This document shows, piece after piece, positions 35,601-46,113 of a DNA stretch of 64,000 bases. The notes beneath the pieces are model-generated. The model was given only the letters and a program-made list of their open reading frames with translations. It had not been told where the DNA came from and made no database searches. The DNA is from Lytechinus pictus (Eukaryota), in assembly GCF_037042905.1 (NCBI RefSeq), contig NC_087256.1, positions 3,968,001 to 4,032,000 of the forward strand, given 5' to 3'. The position numbers were made by a program, and so were the translations under genes. Each line of letters opens with the position of its first letter. The stretch's first letter is position 1.

Positions 35601-38600
35601 CTACGCTGTAAACAAATAAATTATAGATTAGTTTGCCTTAATTTTCAAAAAGAGATTTTATTGTCACATCCATGTTAATTTTCATCCATAAATTTTCAAC
35701 TGAATTTATTAAGAATATGTGTATTTTTTCTACCTGGTCGCCTCTCTAGCTCTTTTCTTTTCCTCTCTCCTATTCCTTTCCCTTGTTTAGTCCTTTATGT
35801 TGTTAATTGTTGTTAAAGTTATATGTTACAGGCGTATCCCAGCATGCACAAGCGCCTGCTTTCCGGGTTTTTACGCCTTCTTCCATGTACATTAATACTG
35901 TATTTACATTCATTGTTTTATTACTACATTATTGATTTGTATATTTATATGATATTGGAAGAAATGTCAATCGGAAGAAAAAATGTTTCGTTAAATTGAA
36001 AAAAAAAATGAATATAATTGGTTTACTTAATTTAATTATTAGTTCTACGAAATACCCATATTCTTAATAAATTTAGTTGAAAATGCCCCCACCCCCCCCC
36101 TCTCTCTCTCTCCCAGGTCTTGACCCTGCCGGTCCATATTTTGAAGACTGTGATCCTAGGGTTCGACTTGATGCTTCTGATGCTGACTTTGTTGACGTCA
36201 TCCATACCGATACAGACCCGCTCTATAAACTGGGTAAATTAATCGACATTGACCTTTGACACAGTGATGAAAGTCTACGATCTGGGAGATAGAAAACGAA
36301 AAAACAATATGGAGTCTCCTGTCGTAGCCTTAGTTGGTTGGTCTGCTACTGATCTACTGAAATAAAATTTGGTTTTATGAAGTATTAATAACTGTCGACA
36401 CTCTGTCTGTTATAGGCATAACACTTACCTAATGTCGACACCTAATGTCGACAATTCTTTACTTGGTATTGGGATATATAACACTACAGCCCAAAATGTT
36501 GACATTCTGTCTTTGTATTACAATACTAGTAACCCGATCTCGACATTCTGTCTGTTATAAGTATAACACTAACCCAACGTCGACAATTCTTTATGTTATA
36601 ATTACAAGGATATATGACTTTTACCAGATGTCGACATTATATATTAAACCCAATGTCGGCTTTTGTCTGTTAAAGGTATAACACTATGTTGACAACTCTG
36701 TAGGTTATAGGTATGGGAATGCGAGTAGGCCTGTAACACTTAACCCGATGTCGACTTTCTGTCTGTTATAGGTATAACATTAACCGATATATTGACATTC
36801 TGTGTGTATAAATATGGGGATGTATTACAGCACTAACCTAGTGTCGACAATTCTTTCTGTTATAGGTTTGGGAATGTACAGCTCGACGGGTCATGTCGAT
36901 TTCTATCCGAACAGTGGTCGAGCTCAACCTGGTTGTGATATTCGTATCATTGGTTCAATCTTCGCTAATGGAAGAATCTGGGGTGGTGAGCTATCTCTTC
37001 TTATTCTCCACGTATTTTCATGCTTATTTTCTTAATAATTAATTATTGTCATTATTAATTTATACAGTTTTATTGATTTTGCACAATAATTTTGTTTATA
37101 CTCATAGAAATTGTATTCATCCATCTATCTATCTATCTTTTTACCAGTCCTTTTATCATTAGTTTATTCATGAATCGAGTTTTTTTTTATCAAGCCATCG
37201 ATGCATTATGCTAGCGATGGGGCTAGCGATGAGAATTAAGAAAGGCCAAAGTAACACTCGACAATGAAATTAGACTAATATGACATGGTATATGTTAGAC
37301 CCGACGTTATTTTGTAATTTAAAGGACAAGTCCACCCCAATGAAGAGTTGATTTGAATAAAAAGAGAAGAATCCAACAAGAATAACACTGAAATTTCATC
37401 AAAATCGGATGTAAAATAAGAAAGTTATGACATTCTTAAGTTTCGCTTAATTTCTAAAAAAAGTTATATGCAAATCCTGGTCGGTATGCAAATGAGGAGA
37501 CCGATGACGTCATCCACTCACTATTTCTTTGTATTTTATGATGAAATATGAAATATTCTATTTTTCTCCTAATTGTCAAGTGAAACAACGATTAATTCCT
37601 CTCTGAACACGTGGAATTAGTATTGTTTAATGTTATGGTTCGGTCAAGTTGGTCCTTATTGTCAAATCTGTAAAGATGAAATTGTATAATTAAAACAATA
37701 AAAACAAAAGAAATAGTGAGTGAGGGCATCATCGACCGTCTCATTTGCATATCACTAAGTCGTGCATATAACTGTTTTGTGAAAAATAAGCGAAACTTTA
37801 AAATGGCATAACTTTCTTATTTTACATCCGATTTTGATGAAATTTTCAGCGTTATGCTAGTTTGATTTTTCTCTTTTTAGTCAAACCAACATTTTTCAAG
37901 GGTGGACTTGACCTTTAAAGATTTTTTTCTCCTTCCACTTTTTAGGAGTGATTGATTACATTGCTTGCAATCATATCAGGGCCGTCTATCTCTTCATGGA
38001 CTCGATCAACCCAGGAGAGCGGGAGTGCCCTTACCTGGCATTTGAATGCACCCGTGAATGGTCGGATTATAATGAAGGACTCTGCTTCGAAGACACACCC
38101 AGTGCCCAGATGGGATGGATGGCCGACCAGTACGTCCCCGAGGAAGGGGTGCAGGAATTGGTGTATCAGGAGAATACCCTGGCCGAAGATCCTTATTGCG
38201 GTATGATTTACGGAACGTGATGATGATGATGGTGGTGATGATGATGATGGCGATGATGATGATGATGACGATGATGATGACGATGATGATGGTGATGATG
38301 ACGATGATGTACGTGATAATGGTGGTGCTGATGATGATTATGATGGTGGTGGTGATGATGATGATGATGGTGATGGTGATGGTGATGAGGATGATGATGA
38401 AGATGATGATGGTGACGATGATGTATACGTGGTGGTGATGGTGGTGCTGATGATTATGATAATGGTGGTGTATGTTACAGTGTTGGTATACGATGACTAT
38501 CTGTGGTGATTTCTGGTAATGGTACTGCTGGATAAAGAAGCAAGAGGCCACCAGGCCTCATCTGGCGCAGTTGAGAACACCAATAGTTGATGCAATTTAA

Positions 38601-40539
38601 TTTATACAATTCTATACTTTTTTGTTACTTAAGATTTATATTTATATTTTATTTCTGACAATTGTAAGCGCTATGATACTTTTTGTGTATAGCGCATATA
38701 AATATTCGTTATTATTATTATTATTAAGAAAAGATGGTGAAGGTGATGGTAGAGACAATGGTACTGATGATGATGATGATGATGATGATAATGATGAATG
38801 TTACGTGGTAGGTATGAAGATGAATCATTGATGATAAATGATTTTAATACTCAACGATTTTGACAGGATTTCAGTATCGTTTTGGAGTATACATTGATGA
38901 TGGAAGAAAAGCTGAGAAGTTCAAGGGGATGATCACCATATCTCTAGTCGGTGACAATGGACAAACTGAAGATATCACACTCTCACCGTGAGTTTCACTT
39001 TAAATAATACATTCTTCTCTAGGCCATAGGATCTCAGTTTCAGAAAGTCTCAAATGAAAATGATGTCCTATATAGAGCGAGGACATTTTTATCATGTTCA
39101 TTGCAAATAATACTCAATTCCAGTGCCATTCAAAATAATATGTTCGTTCGAACAAGGTGGACTACATGGGGTTGGCAGCCAATCCTGGATGCAGAAAAAT
39201 CAAATGGCATCTCGGTTAATCTCAAAGAAAAAATAACCTAAAAATACACCTGTCACTTTTTTTTTTTTGGGGGGGGGGTGTGGCGTAGCCCCTGAAGACT
39301 TGCAGACAGACCATCAAAATCTCGGATCAAAAGATATAGGAGTGGTACAGTTTTATTACAGGACTTTTTGGCATTAACTTTAGTCTCTTGATTCGTAGTT
39401 GTCAACTTGTCGGCCGTCAGCCGTGAAAGCTATGTAAGCAATCATTATGAAAGACAATAATTATTATATAGGTCACATCTAAGCAACAAGCATGCTCAAC
39501 TGTGCCTACCATGCCTACTATGAGTTAGCTATACACTTGAAATGCTCATAAACCTACTTAAAGAAACTGCTCAATGTGTTCTTGAAATTACAAATAATTC
39601 AATACATGCACATGAATTAAGCCAAATATTTTAAACCTTTATTCCCAGAAAGCTGGCAATGCTGTTAAACCAAATGTCTGTTCATATCATTCATACCTCC
39701 CTATTAATTCAGTAGAATTAAGATGTTAAATCCACGTCCAAATAAAATACTTCGGACATATAGTTTAAGGGGTTTTTAAAAAATGTCAGTGAGCAAGTCA
39801 AACTATAATTATTCTTGTCTTGAACACAGTGACTACCGGTTCTACGATCCACTAACCAAGTATCTTCACGTGGGCGTGTCATCACATCACGTGATAAATC
39901 CTAGTCATCTTTATCTCGAGTGGGAATACGATGCTGCCTTCTATGCCCCGTGGAAGTGGGAGTTCATTGAGCGACCAGAGCTCTACATTCATAGGATCGA
40001 AGTTGATTCCGCCGAAAGCGAAGAAAGGTAGCTTTTGTATATATTTAGAAAGAATGCAGTATATTGAGATATCATTTAAGAAGCGAAAATGAAAACTTAA
40101 TAAAATGTAGTTAATTTCGAGATTGAAAAAAAAAAATCTTCACTTAGTTTTCTTAAAACGTGATTGATATCGAGAAACAACTATATACTGCATATACAAT
40201 TATTTGTTTTTATTATTGATAGTTAATTCAATTTGTTATTGATTATGGATAATCCCTCCGCCACCGCCAATAAGGTCGCATATAAATTAAGGCCCAAATC
40301 TATTTTTAAGGAATCATAAATTTATCAATTTTCATTTTCTTGGCGGCTGACCGTCGCTAGGAAAAAAAAAAACATCGAAGTAAACGGTATCAATCCCAAG
40401 CATGAACATGGTTAAAGTTTTCTCAAGTGTTTTTATTAATATTTCTGTCTTTCTTTGTAGTTATCTGATGTGCGGTACGTACGACCCCATTGAACCTGAC
40501 GTCAAGCGTGCATTTTTCCGTGTCACAGTTTGTGATTGA
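32650..40539 (+). CDS. Pancreatic lipase-related protein, ~487 aa, secreted
   Basis: Exons 32650-32692, 33442-33634, 34068-34296, 35225-35333, 36117-36233, 36866-36985, 37946-38200, 38867-38987, 39830-40027, 40461-40539, all GT-AG and in frame. Signal peptide, IIHGF, GHSLG (Ser), ITGLDPAGP (Asp), [28 protein letters not shown] (His), C-terminal PLAT-like domain. Confidence 0.93.
32748..33374. mobile_element. Diverged Kolobok-like MITE (same family as 14046-14649)
   Basis: AAAGGTCAAATCTACCCC..AAGTTGATTTGAAT start and matching internal blocks. Confidence 0.7.
36390..36865 (+). repeat. Degenerate ~40-50 bp minisatellite (TGTCGACA..TGTTATAGGT) ending at the lipase exon 6 acceptor
   Basis: About 12 TGTCGAC/TGTTGAC-anchored units. 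Confidence 0.8.
37319..37918. mobile_element. Kolobok-like MITE, TTAA TSD (same family as 14046-14649)
   Basis: TTAA-AGGACAAGTCCACCC ... GGGTGGACTTGACCT-TTAA. Confidence 0.85.
38217..38470. repeat. (GAT/GGT)n microsatellite
   Basis: Direct read. Confidence 0.95.
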
Positions 40540-41174
40540 ATTGAAAAGGGAGTTATCAAACATACTTAAATTAATCAAGATCAGTTGAACCAAGAGTATA
40601 ACACGACAAACTGAGACGCATGCATTGCAAATATATTAATTTAAAGAAATCAGATAACAATTGAATAGAAAAAAATAATGACTTTGTGTGACCAAATGAT
40701 TAAGCATTAAAATATTGAAATATATTTTAAGTTTACTGGTTGTCTTTCTTCGCGATTGTTACTGAAACACATCCAACTCGATTTCTGAACAGGATGCTCA
40801 GGGAGGCAAACCAACCCAAATATATTCTCCGACTGGTGCTTATTTTTTCCTCACTCGCTGTGCTCGCTTGTATTGTACAGAATGGTTACAGAGAATGGCA
40901 CAGGATCAGAAAACCAGGTGCAAGACAAAATAAAAATATCCCATGAGCCCTAAATATGACACTGACAACATAGTGATCGTTGGTCATATGCTGTTGGCCT
41001 ACTGATAAAGTTTTTTCCCCTTTGGTATATTATCTTTCTTTCATATAAAAAATTAATAAATAAAAAATGAATCAGTGCTGGTGCCACAGAGGGCGGGAGG
41101 GACCACCACCGTTAATTTTGCAAATAGTGGAGAGGAGAAAATAGAGCTTCACTCGCTCTCAGTATTCTTTTATA

Positions 41175-41656
41175 AACAAGTGGAACGCCTCTGGCTGTCT
41201 CACCTGCATTACGCGATTCAATATAGCAACAGTGCTGACTTTGAAATCAGTTATTGAATACATATTTACAAAGGAAAACACTCATATGATGATAAAATAC
41301 TATGTCCATTGACCCAAAATGATCTTTGACCATAATCATGTGACATAATAGACGTGTGCAAAACATATACTCGATAATCCTTATGTCTATATTTCATGAA
41401 CTACATGTGTAGATCCATAAACTTTTTAAGTTATGCTGCCAATTCAACAAATACCCCAACACGGCTAAAGTTCATTGACCTTAAATGACCTTTGATCTTG
41501 GTCATGTGACCTGAAACGCTCACATGCAGAATATTCAGGGATACATGATTACTCTTAACCTTGGTTAAGATTTCAATGTTGACGACGCTGCCGCCGTCGC
41601 CGCTGCCGAAAAAGCGGCGCCTACAGTCTCGCTCTGCTATGCAGGCGAGACAAAAA
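41175..41656 (+). mobile_element. Helentron-associated (HINE/Tsp-like) element, short copy
   Basis: 5' AACAAGTGGAACGCCTCTGG..GTCTCACCTGCAT; 3' hairpin GTCTCGC..ATGCAGGCGAGAC-AAAAA inverted to the 5' subterminal motif; internal TGACCTTTGA repeats; same family as 55980-59385. Confidence 0.7.
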
Positions 41657-42287
41657 CGAATGTTTTTGTTTACACACGCAAACCAATACAAAAAGAAAAC
41701 AAAAGAAAAAATGGTGAAATAAAATATTATATTATGCAATATTTTGACAAAAATGTATCACATACTTAGATTTTTATTTTGAAAAGGGTAATTTTTTGCT
41801 AAATCGCTTAGCACGCTCGCAAATTTTATGAAATTTTTGCCCCGTTCGTGCCATGTACTGGACCACAAAATGTGTTGCTCATTTAACACACACCCACCAC
41901 TGCACAAATGCATCATCATGTAGTTATAGCGAACATACAATCGCCGCCCCCCTCCTTTCTCTCCCGGTAAGACTTATCTACCCAACTGCATTCAAGGAAT
42001 TGAAAAAAAATGCTTATGATGCAGAAAATCTTTTTTTTTTTTTTTTAATGTAATTTTGATTAGATTAAAAAATCTTAACTTAAAATAATGTCACCTTCTG
42101 CATTATGTGTTGTGTATACTAAATGCTAAGTTATATTCAATTTCTAGACATAGCTATCGTTTGTAGGTTCTTGGAAATAAGGAGTAAAAAGCTTAGTGGT
42201 ATTGGCGCTAGAATTCGGATAGTTCATTAATAGAAAGTATGCTGTGTAGTTGTTATGGTTAGTTGTTCTTTCTTTTCAGTTAAGTTG

Positions 42288-42449
42288 TAGGAGATAGCGC
42301 GAACGCAGATCTCCGCTACCATAAATTATACGCCCGAGTTCCCCACGTTTGGGGGAATCGCAAGGTTCAGCAAGCCGGAGTGCAATGGCAAGCCTCGCCC
42401 TGGGGGTGCATCCTTCTTGATCAATGCGACCCCTGCGCCAGGTAAGTAT
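42288..42449 (-). ncRNA. U1: U1 spliceosomal snRNA
   Basis: Minus strand reads ATACTTACCTGGCGCAGGGG...GATCAAGAAG (70K loop)...CCATTGCACTCCGG (U1A loop)...AATTTATGG (Sm site)...GGAGATCTGCGTTCGCGCTATCTCC (stem-loop IV); full length. Confidence 0.97.
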
Positions 42450-42751
42450 GCTCATCAGCTTAACCTCAGCCTACTCGTACATTTCCAATAACACACAATT
42501 AACAGTTAAGAGTTAACGACCATTCCCCTTAAAGTATCGAAAAAATATAGATTGTTCACAAGAAAACATCTTAGAGGAAAGTTTGAGGTAAAATAATAGT
42601 AAGATCAATCAAATAAAGAGTATATTTCATCAAAATAATCCAAACAGAAGCAAAAAATACAAATTATCTATAAATTTGTACACCGCCAGTACTGGATCTG
42701 GGAACAAAGCGTTTTTCCTGATGAATATTCATGTTCCGATCAATGACCTGA

Positions 42752-42759
42752 TGACGTCA
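42752..42759. promoter_or_regulatory. CRE palindrome TGACGTCA ~305 bp upstream of the U1 start; candidate distal sequence element
   Basis: Exact ATGACGTCAT; the position fits a distal snRNA enhancer. The same motif also occurs in MITEs in this window. Confidence 0.45.
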
Positions 42760-43016
42760 TTGCGATTGATATTTATTGCTATTGGTCATGCAGGCGAGCG
42801 CTCAATGAGAGCTGCGTGCGCTCATTGCAAAGCCGATCATGTATTGATCATGATACCTCCAATGCACTCAAAAATTTGGAGAGTGATATCACTCTCTAAA
42901 TTTGTGTATGTTCAAAGACAGTTTTTGGTATGATCAGGGAATTTAACAATTCCTGGTATGATCAATTTAGCAACATAGCCTCGTGTGTGGTTGGTGAGAA
43001 GAGAGGCATGAGGAAG

Positions 43017-43054
<38 letters not shown>

Positions 43055-43344
43055 ACGATCCGGATAACGATATTATATTCCGCGTGTTGGACACAGATGA
43101 GATAAAACAGGTAATGCATTGCAGTTCCAACAAATTTTATTTCCAAGTCCAAATTTTCGACGCAAACCTCACGTCTTCGTCAGGGATACAAATCTCACAA
43201 TATATATATATATATATGAAATTATGATGAAGCCCTATGGGCGAAAATTTGATCTAACTTTTCTCTCTACGGTTGTTTTATTCACCTTGTATTTTGCTTT
43301 ATACTACCACAACCGACGCAGGACCTTCAGTTTTTTTATTCTTA

Positions 43345-43355
43345 TATATATATAT

Positions 43356-43433
<78 letters not shown>

Positions 43434-43518
43434 TCATAGTAAAATAGAAATAGTCTGCTTCGGCATATGGAATAAAATAATCATAAATATTCATATATAT
43501 ATATATATATATATATAT
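43345..43518. repeat. (TA)n microsatellite cluster
   Basis: Direct read; further tracts at ~43020 and ~43200. Confidence 0.9.
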
Positions 43519-44208
43519 TTCTTCCCATGCCTCTCTTCTCACCAACCACACACACACACCATCATTGGCAAAAATGCATAGACCCAAATATAATGATATA
43601 TGTGTGAGTGTGTATACATTATTAATTATCTATATGTGTACATAATTATTATTATTATTATCATAATCATAGGAGATAAAAAGAGAAAGGAAGCAATACA
43701 AGACAAGCAAAAAAGAAGAGACAATGGAAAAGAGTTGGATAGAGAATGTGAAGAAAACATTGATAAAGCGGGAAAAGAAGGAGAGGGAAAGAAGGAGAAG
43801 AAGAGGAAGTATATCTGAAAAAAAAGTTAAAGAAGGAGAAAGAAGAACGAACGAGAAAGAGGAAAAACAGGGATATAAGTTAAGAAAGGGAAAGAAGGGA
43901 AACTACTATTCATTTCATGGTTTATTAATTTCGAAATACTCATGATGCAGATGAGTACAGAATATACATACTCTCTAAATGCAAAAAGGGCCAATCTGGT
44001 CCCTAATAACACTCTTCTCGGAGTGAGATGTGATTTTCGAATGAGATTTGCATCTTTATAGATTGGAATTTACCTCTTTTAGGAGTGAATGTGTTTGAAA
44101 AGATGCACAGTTCACTCCAGTAGAAACTGTAATTTACTCTGATTGAATTACAGTTCACTCCAAAGAGATTGGTCCCTACTATTACTCCAAGAGGGGAGTG
44201 ATTAGGAA

Positions 44209-44330
44209 CAGTAGCGTACCGTGAACCGGAGGAGACAAAGCATTGGGGGGGGGGCACTGCATTGTCTGTGAACAATGCTGTGCCCCCCCCCCCCAATGCT
44301 TTGTCTCCTCCGAGTCACGGTCCGCCACTG
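44209..44330. mobile_element. 122-bp palindromic hAT-type MITE
   Basis: CAGTAGCG ... CGCCACTG with 8-bp TSD ATTAGGAA (44201-44208, 44331-44338). Confidence 0.88.
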
Positions 44331-46113
44331 ATTAGGAATTACATCGCTCTTTTGCATTTCGAGTATTACTCAGCATAACAGTGGTCTGGTCTGGAAAGGG
44401 AAAATAGATCAATCACAAAGTTGAAGGATATCAACAACAGTTTTGTCATGTAAGTTAAATTTAAAATAACATTTGTTTAATCTAAAAGCTTGTTCATATG
44501 AATTTGAGAAAATAGTAATTTGAAATGAATTGGAATAAAGATAATTCAATTAATTATCCGTTATTGACAGCAAAATATTAGATTATTTGCCCAAGAAATT
44601 AAATAAAAAAACATAAATGTGTACAGCAAAATCATGATGTTAATTTTAGATGGCACTTTAATTAGGGCTCCATTTCCCAAGATCTTGAATTTCTATGTCA
44701 TTTATTTTTTTGTTGCTTGCCTTTAGCAGTATGATAATATACTATTTTTTTTACCACGGGCATATGAAGAACTTGCGAAATGGTGCCTATTAGCAGATTT
44801 AATAGGTTACGTTTTAAACTTGTTTTTAATATTCACAACAAACTCATGATGTGTGCGATTCTGTATCTGCGGGAATTTTTTTTATGTCAAAAGTCTACTC
44901 CGTGTTAGATCTCAATAGCCAATCAATTCGATCATTGTCAGTTTTGTCACGAATGATTTACTTTGACGTATATCGTTATAATACCGACAATCTCGGATAA
45001 TTACAAGCAGACTATACCCAACACAATAATATATTGTGTGTTAATGTCTGTCCACAGTAGAGTGAGGTATGGGTGATTCCGAGTGTGTAATAATACGCTG
45101 CGGTTTTTCTACTGTCTATATGGCCTGGCGCCTTTTGCTCTCGGCGCCTCGTTCTTGTTGTCATGCAAATTGCGTCCCACGTAACCCTCCGTACCGGCGA
45201 ACCTCTACTGTACATAATGCTATGCATTAATATCTTTCAACTGTATACCAGAGTGTACGCACGGCTATTGAACACTGGTATTTACTGGCGGGTGGAACTT
45301 GAAGTAAATAACATCATGACAATGGAGAATCCCGCGGGATATGACATGCATTAGCAGACGATATACTACCAAAACATATTTCCCCATTGGGTTCAAATAG
45401 AAATCTGAGGTAGCATACAACCAAAAGATCAGCTAAACTATAACTGGAGATTCATTAACAACAATGACCGGAGGAAAAGTGAGAATTTGAGCAAAGTATG
45501 CGGTGGAATAGGAGCAGTGTAAGACACTTATAATTGTGATCCGCGACATTAAGAAATCGATAATTCTACATACCAAGTTAAGACATCGCAGACGGCAATG
45601 GTGAAAGTGATCAGTTGTTGAGTTGGAGTACATAGTTTCTATATCGCTTCTCGCTACGATTAAAATCATTCTGGAAAGTGGAATACGCACCTGTATAGCA
45701 AATTCGTTATACTATCATGAAATTTGAGGTATCATTGATGTATCTACATACCATCACAAACCGGAGAGCCTTTAGGAGCGGTTAGGAGTAGGTAATGATA
45801 TACCCGTTTAACCACTATATTAAAGCAACATTGCTGGAGCAATCGCATATTTCTGAGATAAACCAAAACATATTCTGAGTGAAATTATTTTAATTCGCTT
45901 ATGATATATTTTGCAAACATTGACCTACATCCTCGACTATTAAGCCCTTCATCTCAATGTCATTGGGGAAGAGATCGATTAATCAATAGGGGACATAGTA
46001 AATGCAAAATTCAATGGCAGACAGTGGTTGTTCCCTTGTCGACATGAGAGTCATCACTTTGGTTTGCCAGTAATGGCTTTGTTAAAATGCAATAATTTTA
46101 TTGAGACATTACC

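Noticed and set aside
36390-36865. CRISPR-like repeat-spacer array
   Set aside because: Eukaryotic intron; the units are degenerate, the intervening sequences are related to each other, and no cas genes are present.
38006-38551. Poly-Ile, poly-Met and poly-His ORFs (also at 25827-26201, 43119-43587, 55197-55526, 61853-62223)
   Set aside because: Translations of microsatellites or N gaps.
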